This document shows, piece after piece, positions 17,710-26,815 of a stretch of DNA of 64,000 nucleotides (position 1 is the first letter of the stretch; the number at the start of each line of letters is the position of its first letter). This DNA comes from Mycobacteriales bacterium (GTDB lineage: Bacteria > Actinomycetota > Actinomycetes > BP-191). Below the pieces are notes generated by a model. The model worked only from the letters and a program-made list of their open reading frames with translations, was not told where the DNA came from and searched no databases. The DNA lies in NCBI GenBank assembly GCA_046590575.1, contig JBKJUS010000165.1, positions 8,635 through 72,634 of the forward strand, read 5' to 3'. Made by a program: the position numbers and the translations under genes.

Positions 17710-18836
17710 CCGGGGTGCGGCACCTCGATGAAGCGCGGTCGGTAGTTGTCCACGTCGGAGTAGAGGTCGTCACCATTCCGGGCGTTGACGTTGTAGGTGA
17801 TGAGGATGCGACCGGCGCGAGCGAGCTGGGGGTGCTCCTTCGCGTTGTAGGTGAAGAGCGTTGCCGGGTCCTCCGGCGTGGTGAACAGCAGCGTCTGGCC
17901 GCTCCACGGACCTTCGGGACGCAGTGCGGAGTAGGCGTAGATGTCGCGGCCGATGCCGCCTTCCTGCGCCACGAGGCGGAAGCCGTCGCGGGTGCGGACC
18001 ACGCTCATCTCGTTGGCGACCTTGTCCAGAGTGCGGGCCGAGAGGAGCGGGTTGGTGGTCCACCCCTCGCCGTCGAAGTACTCCCACGGATCCGTGAGCG
18101 GTCGCCCGCGAGGCACCCGAGCGACGTGGAGGTACTTCTGCAGAGCAAAGTCCTCGCAGCCGTAGATGTAGAGGTAGTCAGCCGCCTCGGTGAGGGCGAC
18201 TCCGAACTGCACTGGACCGCCCGGCCCACTCCCCAGGCCAGGACGGAAGCCGGCGGCGGCAGGTGCGATGCCGACCGGTTCGAGTCCGGGCAGCCGGTAG
18301 GTCGCCACGTCGACGCCGACCACGTTGAACGCGGGTCCGGCTCCAGTCACCCGGAAGAGGACCTGCTGCAGAGTGCCACCGACGACCGTGGCGTCGCCGG
18401 GCCAGTACCAGCTGGCGTCATCCGTGGGGTTCGCCCAGGCGCGCGCGCTGCCGAAGAGGCCGTCGGGGCGATAGAACGTCTTCCCCCACTTTCCGTTGCG
18501 CTCCTGGATCACCCAGGTGTTGTGGGCGAAGCCCTGCTGGGCCCGTGAGCGGTCCGGTCGTACCGTGCCGAAGAAGGTGTCACCCCACATCCACAGCGTG
18601 CGGCCGTCCGGGAGCGGGATCGAGTAGCTGCCGTCGGAACCGGTCCAGCGGTCGCCCTTTCCGGCATCGCCGAAGGCATAGAGCGATCGCTGCAGCGGAT
18701 GCACGGCGCTGCGCTGCGCGGCAGCCGCTCGGGGCTCGATCGAAGGCGTGATGAGCGGGAGTGCGACGACAAGCACGACACCGGCGAACGAGAGGCATCG
18801 CCAGGTCGGTCTCCGCCGCGTGAGGGCCACCGTCAC
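17706..18836 (-). CDS. Secreted DUF4185-like beta-propeller protein (candidate glycoside hydrolase)
   Basis: N-terminal signal with an RRR n-region (MTVALTRRRPTWRCLSFAGVVLVVALPL). Motif SIPLPDGRTLWMWGDTFFG and C-terminal YRPRF. Paralogue of 23638..24657. Confidence 0.5.
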   Translation of the reverse strand: MTVALTRRRPTWRCLSFAGVVLVVALPLITPSIEPRAAAAQRSAVHPLQRSLYAFGDAGKGDRWTGSDGSYSIPLPDGRTLWMWGDTFFGTVRPDRSRAQQGFAHNTWVIQERNGKWGKTFYRPDGLFGSARAWANPTDDASWYWPGDATVVGGTLQQVLFRVTGAGPAFNVVGVDVATYRLPGLEPVGIAPAAAGFRPGLGSGPGGPVQFGVALTEAADYLYIYGCEDFALQKYLHVARVPRGRPLTDPWEYFDGEGWTTNPLLSARTLDKVANEMSVVRTRDGFRLVAQEGGIGRDIYAYSALRPEGPWSGQTLLFTTPEDPATLFTYNAKEHPQLARAGRILITYNVNARNGDDLYSDVDNYRPRFIEVPHPG

Positions 18837-18855
18837 TTCTTCGCCGGGCCGACCG

Positions 18856-20946
18856 TCAGACCTGCTGCAGGTGCAGGCCGTCGGCGTCGACGTCGTAGCG
18901 CTGGCCGCGGATCACCAGGTCGCGCAGCCGAGCGGTCGGGTCGACGTCAGCGAGCTGCGGGTTCACTGCGATCGCGCCGTCGAAACCGACCTGAACGCCG
19001 AACACGGCCTCGATCACCAAGCTCACCCACGAGCCGTTGGAGGAGCAAGTCCAGTCGTTGATCCACGGCCACTCGTTTGGTGACTTGCGGGCGCCACCGG
19101 AGTCCGGCTCAACTGCAGACTCGACGAAGTGCGCCTGCCCCAGCGGTCCCTGGTTGGTCGATCGGGCCAGGCCGGCGAGCCAGCCGGCGGCCACCTCGCC
19201 GTGGCCCATCCGGAAGAGGGCAGCTGCCGACTCCGACGGCCAGGCGGGATAGGCCCCGTTCCATTGGTGGTCGGGCCGCACACTGAAGAGCGCGTCGTCG
19301 TCGTACGGCGACAGCGCGTGCATCCAGGTCGGCGTCTGCAGCTCGCGGACGAAGAAGTCAGTCATCTCCTGCTGCTGCTCCGACGAGAGGTCGGCGAGCA
19401 TCCCGAACGGGACCGTGAAGAAGTCATAGCAGTGCCGAACCGGCACGAGTGACCCGTCGGGGTATCTCGCGTGGAAGTAACCCTCACCCTTGGCGTAGAG
19501 GTCGTTGACCCGCGCCGCCAGGGCATCGGCCTCGGCAGCGTAAGCCTCGCTGCGGCTGGTCTCGCCCAGGGCCGTGTCCATGGCGGTTGCGGTGCGCAGC
19601 GTGAAGACGTTGGCGGCGTTGAGGCTGGCCACCGAGTGGATGTAGGTGCTCACGCACTCGAGCAGGTTGTCGATGCCGCCGTAGTCGGCCAGGCCGTGCT
19701 CGCTGCGCAGGCCGCGCCAGGCTGTGGCGTAGTCATGGACGAAGTCGGCGACCGTCTTAATCCCGTCGCCGCCTGCAACAGGTGTCGTAAGCCACGCGAC
19801 GTCGCCGGTCCACGAGACGTAGTCGCGAATCATCCGGGTCATCGCGAAGTCGTTGACGGCGTACCAGTTGCCGACCGGGCTCCCGGTCAACCACTCGGTG
19901 CCGAAGTGGGTGTGCACGTCGGTCGCGATCCAGTGTTCCAGGTGCCGTCTCATGACCGCCGGGTCGAGGAGGGCATGAACGAGCGAGCTGAGGTTGTAGT
20001 CCCAGAGAAAGGTCACCGACTGCCAGTACCGCGGCATCAACGTGTCGTACGTGCGACCCATCACTGAGTGAGTGGAGTCGCGACGGAAGTAGAGGACGCC
20101 CAGTGCACCCATCGTGTAGAGGCGGCGCAGCGCGTCGTTGTCCGTCTCCAGCCAGGGCAGCGAGCCACCGAAGCGGTCGTTGCCCGGGATGAAGAGCGCG
20201 GCCAGCTCGTCGTTCCATGCTCGCTCGCTCGCTCGTAGGACCCCCGGTACGTCAGCAGCGAGGCGGTCGTACACCGCCCGTGTCTCGTCCACCGTGGCAC
20301 CGACCGCGTGGACGTAGCCGACCCGCCACTGCTCGCCCGCCCCGACCCGCACGGTGGTCTCGACTCCGCGCGCCGTCGTACGCGCATCGGGGTCGTCGAT
20401 GCCCTGCATGCTGACGGCCTCGCTGGCCTGCGCAAGGAAGACGAAGCGCCGGCCGGCCTCGTCGATCTCGACGGCATTGTCGTCCTCGCCGGGCGGTTCG
20501 GACCCACCCCAGGGTCGAACGGCTTGAGTCACCGACGCTTCCAACGCGAGCCGGAGCGGCAGCTCGCGATCGACCGCGCCATGATTCTCGATCTCGATCT
20601 CGACGACGAAGCCCTGCACCCCCGGTGCCATCACCGTCGTCGTCGTGATGTCGAGGCCGTCGACCGTGGACTGACGGGTGATTCGGTCAGGGCGCCAGAC
20701 GAACGTGACGGGGGCCCCGAAGGCGGCGAGCAGCCGCCCGCCGAGGAAAGCGCGCGCCGTGATCGTCGTGCCGAGGCTGCCGAACGGCGGGAAGGTGACG
20801 CTGCGCACGCCGACCAGGTCGTTGTCGGACTGCAGCACGCCGAGGAAGTTGGTCAGGCCGGGGGGCGCGAACAGGTCGCCGGGGCGATGCACGAGTGGTG
20901 AGCTCGCGAGGTCCTCGACCACTGGCAGGGCGGTGCGCAGTGGCAT
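18856..20946 (-). CDS. Putative (alpha/alpha)6-barrel-type glycoside hydrolase, family not recognised
   Basis: 696-aa ORF without a signal peptide. The N-terminal part looks beta-rich and the C-terminal part is Trp/Tyr/Asp-rich and helical (YWQSVTFLWDYN, NWYAVNDFAM, QWNGAYPAWPSE). Sits in a carbohydrate-type operon. Confidence 0.4.
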   Translation of the reverse strand: MPLRTALPVVEDLASSPLVHRPGDLFAPPGLTNFLGVLQSDNDLVGVRSVTFPPFGSLGTTITARAFLGGRLLAAFGAPVTFVWRPDRITRQSTVDGLDITTTTVMAPGVQGFVVEIEIENHGAVDRELPLRLALEASVTQAVRPWGGSEPPGEDDNAVEIDEAGRRFVFLAQASEAVSMQGIDDPDARTTARGVETTVRVGAGEQWRVGYVHAVGATVDETRAVYDRLAADVPGVLRASERAWNDELAALFIPGNDRFGGSLPWLETDNDALRRLYTMGALGVLYFRRDSTHSVMGRTYDTLMPRYWQSVTFLWDYNLSSLVHALLDPAVMRRHLEHWIATDVHTHFGTEWLTGSPVGNWYAVNDFAMTRMIRDYVSWTGDVAWLTTPVAGGDGIKTVADFVHDYATAWRGLRSEHGLADYGGIDNLLECVSTYIHSVASLNAANVFTLRTATAMDTALGETSRSEAYAAEADALAARVNDLYAKGEGYFHARYPDGSLVPVRHCYDFFTVPFGMLADLSSEQQQEMTDFFVRELQTPTWMHALSPYDDDALFSVRPDHQWNGAYPAWPSESAAALFRMGHGEVAAGWLAGLARSTNQGPLGQAHFVESAVEPDSGGARKSPNEWPWINDWTCSSNGSWVSLVIEAVFGVQVGFDGAIAVNPQLADVDPTARLRDLVIRGQRYDVDADGLHLQQV

Positions 20947-20991
20947 GTCGGTGCCTCTCAGGCGGCGGTGGACGGCAGCCCAAAGCCTGGC

Positions 20992-21009
20992 ATCCTGTTA
21001 CTACAGGAT
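20992..21009. promoter_or_regulatory. Inverted repeat atcctgt-tact-acaggat; candidate GntR operator in a divergent promoter
   Basis: Perfect 7-bp arms with a 4-nt spacer, lying between divergent genes 20946(-) and 21084(+). The core CCTGTyACTACAGG is shared with the site at 21911-21936. Confidence 0.55.
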
Positions 21010-21083
21010 CAACTGAGCGGACGACCCGAGCCATGGTGGGCGGCCGCTAAGGTGGCCGCGAGCAACGGTCGGGAGAGGTTCCG

Positions 21084-21878
21084 GTGGAGGCGAGCAGCGG
21101 GGCGGACGGGGGCATCGTGCGCTCCGCCGGGGTGCCCTATTACGTCCAAGTCGCCGGCATCGTCCGTGATCTCCTGCGAGAAGGACGGTGGCAACCGGGC
21201 GAGTTGATCCCCTCCGAGTCGGGACTGTGCGAGATGTTCGGCGTCTCGCGCACGGCGATCCGACAGGCGCTCGCGGAGCTCGTGGACGAGGGGCTGCTGC
21301 AGAAAGAGAAGGGTCGCGGCACGTTCGTCAGTCGCCCTCACGTCGCATTAGCCGTCCAGGAGATGCGCGGTTTCTACGACGAGATGGCCGAGCGCGGGCG
21401 CACGGTCGAGACCACCGTGCTCCGCCAGCAGGTCGTTCCCGTGCCGCCCTCCGTGGCCCCCGAGCTGGGATTGCCGATGCGGGCCGAGGTGGTCTGCCTC
21501 GAGCGCGTGCGCAGTGTCGCCGGCGATCCGCTGGTGCACGTCGCGACCTATTTGCCCTTACGTCGATTCGAGCGCCTGCTGGAGGTCGACCTCACCCGGA
21601 CGAGCCTCTATGCCGTGCTCGTCGAGCAGTTCGGCGTCGAAGTGCGTGGCGGCCGTCGGCGGATCGATGCGGTCGCGGCCGACGCGACTCGAGCGCGGCT
21701 GCTCAACGTGAAACCACGCACTCCAGTCCTCCGGGTGACCGCCACCAACGTCGACGCAGACGACATCGCGTTCGAGTACTTCGAGGCGTGGTACCGCGCC
21801 GACCAGACGAGCTTCGAGATCGTGGTGCGCGCCCAGATGACCATCGAGCCCTCGCACGGGGCGCTGCAGCCTGCCTGA
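21084..21878 (+). CDS. GntR-family (HutC/UTRA-type) transcriptional regulator
   Basis: GTG 21084 preceded by GGGAGAGG. wHTH LPSESGLCEMFGVSRTAIRQALAELVDEGLLQKEKGRGTFV. UTRA-like C-terminal domain. Confidence 0.85.
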   Translation: MEASSGADGGIVRSAGVPYYVQVAGIVRDLLREGRWQPGELIPSESGLCEMFGVSRTAIRQALAELVDEGLLQKEKGRGTFVSRPHVALAVQEMRGFYDEMAERGRTVETTVLRQQVVPVPPSVAPELGLPMRAEVVCLERVRSVAGDPLVHVATYLPLRRFERLLEVDLTRTSLYAVLVEQFGVEVRGGRRRIDAVAADATRARLLNVKPRTPVLRVTATNVDADDIAFEYFEAWYRADQTSFEIVVRAQMTIEPSHGALQPA

Positions 21879-21910
21879 CCTGCTTCCAGGTGTGCCAGGG
21901 TGCTGCTAGC

Positions 21911-21936
21911 GTCGGACCTGTCACTACAGGTCCGAC
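21911..21936. promoter_or_regulatory. Perfect 11-bp-arm palindrome gtcggacctgt-cact-acaggtccgac; candidate GntR operator and/or terminator hairpin
   Basis: Lies between the GntR stop (21878) and the next start (21950). Shares the core CCTGTyACTACAGG with the site at 20992-21009. Confidence 0.55.
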
Positions 21937-21949
21937 GCGGAGGAGCGCA

Positions 21950-23647
21950 GTGCCAGCCACGCAGCGCAGTGCTCGACGGCCCCGCGGACCCGGCATCGTC
22001 TACTCGGTCACTGCTTGTGTCGTCGTGCTCGCCCTGGGCGCGGTTGCCCTCTCTGCCGACCAGGCGCCGCCTCCCACGGTCGCCGAGTTTGCTCCTGCGG
22101 CCCTTGACCAGATCGAGGAGGCGCCCGATCGCCAGGGCACCGATGTCGGCGAAGGGGAGGCCGGTGGGGAGGGCAGCTCGAGTGCAGCTCCCACGGCGAG
22201 TCCGAGCGCCAGCGCCTCGGCGACGGCGGCGGTGGCTGCGCCGGTCATCGATGTCAACCGCACCCGCAAGTGCGTCGGCAACCCAGGACGGCAGACCGAG
22301 GACCCGCAGTCACCGCCCTGTGTGCCCTTCTTCGACGGTGACAACGGTGGCGCGACCGCACCTGGCGTCACGCGCGACGAGATCCGGGTCGTGCTGCCGT
22401 ACGGCAACTTCCTGTCCTCGACCACACCCGCGGACTACCAGATCCTGGCGAGCTTCTTCAATACCCGCTACGAGTTCTACGGGCGCAAGATCCGGCTGCT
22501 CCCGTTCGTGGCTCGCGGTGACAACTTCGCCAACCCCAACCCGCCCGACATGATCGCCGATGCCGCGCGCGTGGCGAACGAGTTCAAGGCCTTTGCTTCT
22601 CTGGGATACACCGACCGTCGGGGCGCAGAGCACACCTACTACGACGAGCTCGCCCGCCGGAAGATCATCGCTGTGATCGGCGGCACCGCCGCAGTCGCGA
22701 CGGAGGAGCACCTTCGGGCGCGGGCGCCGTACCAGTGGTCACGGTCGATGGCGACAGACACGCTGCTCCGCAATCTCGGCCAGCTCACCTGCGCCCAGCT
22801 GGTCGGCAAGGCGCCGACGTACGGCGGCCCCTTCCCCTTTGTGCCGCAACCCACTGTGCGCAAGCTCGGCATCATGACGACCCGGGCGCCGGACGGCACG
22901 ATCCCGGACATCGCGCCACTTCAGGCGGCGCTCGCTGGGTGTGGCGAGCGGCCGTTCAGCATCGAGGCGCCCTACGCCGAGGATGCCCGGGCCGGGCTCA
23001 ACCCGGTGATCCAGATGAAGGACCAGCAGGTCACATCGATCCTCTGTATCTGCGACCTGGGCTCGATCCGCAACAGCTACATGCCGTCGGCGGAGAGCCA
23101 GGGTTACAACCCCGAGTGGGTGCTCTCGAGCTACAACGGCAACGACGGAGACAACTCCTACGCACAGGCGCCGCCGGCGCAGGCGCGTCGCGTCTTCGGC
23201 GTCTCGGTCGCCAACAAGACCCAGCGCAACCAGGACCATCCCTGGTTCTGGGCCTACCGTGAGGCCGGCCCGACCCGCACACCGCCGAGCGGCGCCGCGG
23301 GCTATGCCATGACCGGCATCTACAGCGTCATGTCACTCGTTGCCGCGGGTATCCAGATGGCGGGTCCCAACCTGACACCGGAGACCTTCGCGGCGGCGCT
23401 GCAGCGCACCGTTTTTCCCAACCCCGGCGCGGGCGCCGCGCCGTTTTACCAGTCGGCCATCGGGTTTGCGGGTGGCACGCACTCGATGGTGAAGGACACG
23501 GCGATGTACTGGTACGACGCCGCGCAGCAGGGGACGGTCGACCCGGCGTCGCCGGGTGCTGTCTGTTACGTACGGCGCGGCGAGCGATTCGGTCTGGGCG
23601 AGTGGCCGAAGCGTGAGCCGGAGTTTCGGCAGGGTCCGTGCCGATAA
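21950..23647 (+). CDS. Secreted type-1 periplasmic-binding-fold (LivK/Peripla_BP_6-like) solute-binding protein
   Basis: Track ORF 21188..23647, trimmed to GTG 21950 with GGAGGAG 6-12 nt upstream. A hydrophobic anchor/signal, then a Ser/Ala/Gly linker. Segments such as IRVVLPYGN...FKAFASLGYTD...IIAVIGG resemble Leu/Ile/Val-type SBPs. Confidence 0.45.
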   Translation: MPATQRSARRPRGPGIVYSVTACVVVLALGAVALSADQAPPPTVAEFAPAALDQIEEAPDRQGTDVGEGEAGGEGSSSAAPTASPSASASATAAVAAPVIDVNRTRKCVGNPGRQTEDPQSPPCVPFFDGDNGGATAPGVTRDEIRVVLPYGNFLSSTTPADYQILASFFNTRYEFYGRKIRLLPFVARGDNFANPNPPDMIADAARVANEFKAFASLGYTDRRGAEHTYYDELARRKIIAVIGGTAAVATEEHLRARAPYQWSRSMATDTLLRNLGQLTCAQLVGKAPTYGGPFPFVPQPTVRKLGIMTTRAPDGTIPDIAPLQAALAGCGERPFSIEAPYAEDARAGLNPVIQMKDQQVTSILCICDLGSIRNSYMPSAESQGYNPEWVLSSYNGNDGDNSYAQAPPAQARRVFGVSVANKTQRNQDHPWFWAYREAGPTRTPPSGAAGYAMTGIYSVMSLVAAGIQMAGPNLTPETFAAALQRTVFPNPGAGAAPFYQSAIGFAGGTHSMVKDTAMYWYDAAQQGTVDPASPGAVCYVRRGERFGLGEWPKREPEFRQGPCR

Positions 23648-24657
23648 CTGGCACCTCCTGGCCCGAGGCCGACGCGCTGTTCCGGGACGACCGTTGGCGC
23701 GGGTCCGACGATGCGTACTCCATCCGGCTCGGTGAGGACCGGGTGCTCTGGCTCTTCGGCGATACGTTCATCGCTCGACCTGGTGAGCCGACCCGCGTCG
23801 GCTCGTCCTTCATCCGCAACTCGGTGGCCGTGCAGACTGGCCTCGATCCGCTCACCGCGTCGATGGACTTCGCCTGGCGTGGGATGGACGGTGTCCCGGC
23901 GGACTACTTTGGCGGCGAAGGGCCCGGGTCCGATGCGGAGTGGCTCTGGCCCGGGCACGGGGTGTGGCACGACGGTCGGCTGCTGCTCTTCTTCATGGCG
24001 TGCGACCTGCCGCCGGGCGGCGACCCGCACGACCCGCTTGGTCATTCCTTCCGGGTCAACGGGTGGCGCGCGGTCACCGTCGACAACCCGCAGGACCCGC
24101 CTTCGGACTGGCGGATCATCAAGGTGGCGGAGCGGCCCGACACCGCCGGCTCGGTGCTCGGTGCCGCGGCTCTCATCGAAGGCGGGAACCTCTACTTGTG
24201 GAGTCACCGAGACGGTTGTGCGCTCCTTGCGCGCGCCGACGTACGCCGGGCGGTCGCTGGTGACCTCGGCGAACTGAAGTGGTGGGCCGGCGGCGACTCG
24301 TGGGTGCCGGACGCACGGGACGCCGTCGTGGCGCTCGACCCCGCGGTCACCGAGTTCACTGTCCACCGTGACGCCGGGGGAGGGCTTGCCCTCGTCGACG
24401 TACATCCGGTCCGCGAGATCACCGGCGCGATCTGCATCCGCCATGCTCCCGACGTGACGGGCCCGTGGTCCTCGCGGAGCCCGGCGTACCCGATCCCCGA
24501 GGCAGCGCGCGCCGACGCCTTCGTCTATGCCGGCAAAGCCCATCCGGAGCTCGACGCCGACGGGTTGGTCGTCACCTACGCCTCCAACGGCAACAAGCTA
24601 GCGGCGCTCTACTCCGACGAGACCCTCTACTACCCCCGCTTCGCCCGCCTCGTCTGA
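23638..24657 (+). CDS. DUF4185-like protein without signal peptide (cytoplasmic paralogue of 17706..18836)
   Basis: GTG 23638 overlaps the upstream stop by 10 nt. SIRLGEDRVLWLFGDTFI and C-terminal YYPRF align with the secreted paralogue. Confidence 0.5.
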   Translation: MPITGTSWPEADALFRDDRWRGSDDAYSIRLGEDRVLWLFGDTFIARPGEPTRVGSSFIRNSVAVQTGLDPLTASMDFAWRGMDGVPADYFGGEGPGSDAEWLWPGHGVWHDGRLLLFFMACDLPPGGDPHDPLGHSFRVNGWRAVTVDNPQDPPSDWRIIKVAERPDTAGSVLGAAALIEGGNLYLWSHRDGCALLARADVRRAVAGDLGELKWWAGGDSWVPDARDAVVALDPAVTEFTVHRDAGGGLALVDVHPVREITGAICIRHAPDVTGPWSSRSPAYPIPEAARADAFVYAGKAHPELDADGLVVTYASNGNKLAALYSDETLYYPRFARLV

Positions 24658-24679
24658 CCCGGTTGGAGCGCGGGTGCGT

Positions 24680-26794
24680 CTAGGACGCGCCGACGCTCCA
24701 ACTCCGACGTCGTCGGCGTACGCCGATCGCGACGACGCCGAGCGCGGCCGCGGCGAGGGCCATTGGCAGCAGGTCGGCGCCGGTCGCAGGCAGCGGCGCC
24801 GACGGCCTCGGCGCGGGAGCAGGTGCCGGACGAACCGGCGCGGGGTCAGCGGGCGCGGGTCTGGCCGGTGCCGCCGCCGTACGGACGGGGCCGAAGGACG
24901 CGAGCCGCTCCGGCGCCTTGCCGCAGACCTTCGCGGTGGCGAGACCCCCGCCGTCCTCAAGCGTGGCGACTCCGGGTGCGGCGAGCAGCGGCTGTCCGGG
25001 CCGCTCGTCGACCTCGCGGACGTCGAGCAGCGGCAGGCCCGGCGTCGGCATGACGAAGCGCAGCGCGCTGGTGTGCTCGCAGTCGTGCAGCAGCGTGATC
25101 GTTGACAACGTGCCCGAGGGCTGTGAGTCGCGGGTGTAGGTAATCGTCCCAGCAATCGTCACCCGGAGCTTTCCGCCGGCCGGCACGACGAGGTCGGTCG
25201 GCTGGAACCGCACGGGAACCTGCAGCGGCGTGTTGGTCGCCGGCGCTACGCCCGTCTTCTGGATGAAGTAGTTCTCCGGCATCGGCTCGAGGTGCTGCAG
25301 CGAACGAAACCCGAACGTGTTCGCACTGTCCTCGACCGACTCCGTGCCGCCGTGGGTGATGAGGTCGCCGTTCTCGTCGAGCACCTCTATCCGCGCCGCG
25401 ATGTGCCCGTCCGGACGGTTCGTGGTCAACCACAAGTCAAGGATCGGCTGGCCGGTGATGTGCAGCGGCGCCTCGAGCGGCTGGGTCTCGAAGACCGCGC
25501 GCCCCTCCTCCTCGGTGAGTGCCTCTGTGTAAGCCGTCGAGCCGCCCACCTTGGGCAGGCCAAGGATGCCCTCCGGGCCGAGGGACAGGTGGCCGACGGG
25601 GCCACCGGTCGACGGGAACTCGTGCTCGGCCCGCCACTGCCCGTTGCTCGACTGCACCTGTACGTCGGGCCAGTCCTCCACGCCGGTGGGCAGAGTCTTG
25701 AGGTAGCGGTCGAACCAAGCAGTGACCATCGGCATCCAGTCGGCGCGCTCCCAGTCCGGTGCGACCCTCTGGTGGCGGAACGGGAACGCGTGGTTCCAGA
25801 CGCCGAAGAGGCCCTTGTGCGGGGTAGAGGCGGGCAGTCGGTCGAACCATCCAGCGATGGTGATTGGCTGGACGTTGAAGTCGCGCAGACCGTGCACGTA
25901 GAGCGTGGCGGCGGTGATGTTGGGCGCACCGGGCCGGTACTCCCGGTCCTGCCAGTACTTCGTCTTGTCGCCTTGGACGTCGGCACCGCTGGCCAGGACC
26001 TCCGGCTGGCAGAGCAGCTTCTCCGGGTAGCGCTGCGGTGCCGCCTCCTGACCCGGGTTGGCACTGACGCCGTAGAAGTAGCCGGCGCTGCCGAGGAGTG
26101 ACATGCCGGTGTACGGCACGCCGTCCATGAAGTTCCAGTCGTACTGCGCGCCGACCGACGCGGCCGGGATGATCGCCTTGAGGTACTTGATCTTCTCCTT
26201 GTCGCCGAAGCCGGCGACGGAGATCTGCGTCTCCGCGTCGTAGGAGATGCCGTACATCCCGACGTTGCCGTCGGTCCACCCGGCGTCGCGACCGAGGTAC
26301 TCCACAATCCTTGCGCCGTCGTCGGTCTGGTTGGCCGCGGTCTGCTCCAGGCAGCCGCCGGACTCTCCGGTGCCGCGCACGTGGTGCTGCGCGACGGCGT
26401 AGCCGCGGGTAGTCATGTACGCGATGAAGCCGGGTATCTCCGCGGCCTCGTTGGCGGGGTACTCCTCGAACCCCTGGGAGACGTACGGCGTCATGATCAG
26501 GATCGTCGGCAGCTTGGCCGGTGGTGTCTTGCCGTCCTTCTCCGCCGGGAGCCATGTCTCGACGTAGAGCGACACGCCGTCGGCTGCCTCGACCCGAGCG
26601 CGCTGGCGGTCGGGGTCGACGTCCGGAGCCTGCGAGCCGTAGACCGGCTTGGACAGCGGAGTGGGGACGAAGGCGGACCCGGTGACTAGCTGTGGGATGT
26701 CACCTGCGGCGTCCGCCGACCTCAGCGCGGGGGTGAGGAGAGCAAGGAGGGCCAGTGCAGCAACAGGTGGGCGTAGTCGGCGTGCGGCGTACAC
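24680..26794 (-). CDS. CocE/NonD (S15, X-Pro dipeptidyl-peptidase-like) hydrolase with C-terminal LPXTG-type sorting signal
   Basis: Track ORF runs to 26947. I trimmed it to the in-frame GTG near 26794 (VYAARRLRPPVAALALLALL signal); my position counting may be off by 1 nt. Motifs ILIMTPYVSQG, HVRGTGESGG and the nucleophile elbow GMYGISYDA. The tail is LPATG + hydrophobic helix + RRRRR. Confidence 0.75.
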   Translation of the reverse strand: MYAARRLRPPVAALALLALLTPALRSADAAGDIPQLVTGSAFVPTPLSKPVYGSQAPDVDPDRQRARVEAADGVSLYVETWLPAEKDGKTPPAKLPTILIMTPYVSQGFEEYPANEAAEIPGFIAYMTTRGYAVAQHHVRGTGESGGCLEQTAANQTDDGARIVEYLGRDAGWTDGNVGMYGISYDAETQISVAGFGDKEKIKYLKAIIPAASVGAQYDWNFMDGVPYTGMSLLGSAGYFYGVSANPGQEAAPQRYPEKLLCQPEVLASGADVQGDKTKYWQDREYRPGAPNITAATLYVHGLRDFNVQPITIAGWFDRLPASTPHKGLFGVWNHAFPFRHQRVAPDWERADWMPMVTAWFDRYLKTLPTGVEDWPDVQVQSSNGQWRAEHEFPSTGGPVGHLSLGPEGILGLPKVGGSTAYTEALTEEEGRAVFETQPLEAPLHITGQPILDLWLTTNRPDGHIAARIEVLDENGDLITHGGTESVEDSANTFGFRSLQHLEPMPENYFIQKTGVAPATNTPLQVPVRFQPTDLVVPAGGKLRVTIAGTITYTRDSQPSGTLSTITLLHDCEHTSALRFVMPTPGLPLLDVREVDERPGQPLLAAPGVATLEDGGGLATAKVCGKAPERLASFGPVRTAAAPARPAPADPAPVRPAPAPAPRPSAPLPATGADLLPMALAAAALGVVAIGVRRRRRSWSVGAS

Positions 26795-26815
26795 AGGACC
26801 TCCGGGAGCGCAGGG

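Noticed and set aside
17151-18548. 465-aa plus-strand ORF, extremely Arg/Pro-rich at its N-terminus
   Set aside because: It is antisense to the esterase and DUF4185-like genes. The RRRRPP-type composition is what the antisense of GC-rich coding sequence produces.
21188-21949. N-terminal 254 codons of track ORF 21188..23647, and similar extensions at 179-652, 8631-8990, 37528-38319, 48815-48982, 56991-57140 and 58264-58758
   Set aside because: These extensions overlap upstream genes in another frame and are Arg/Pro/Ala-rich. They end exactly where a signal peptide, an RBS or a stop/start overlap marks a credible internal start. The shorter genes were called instead.
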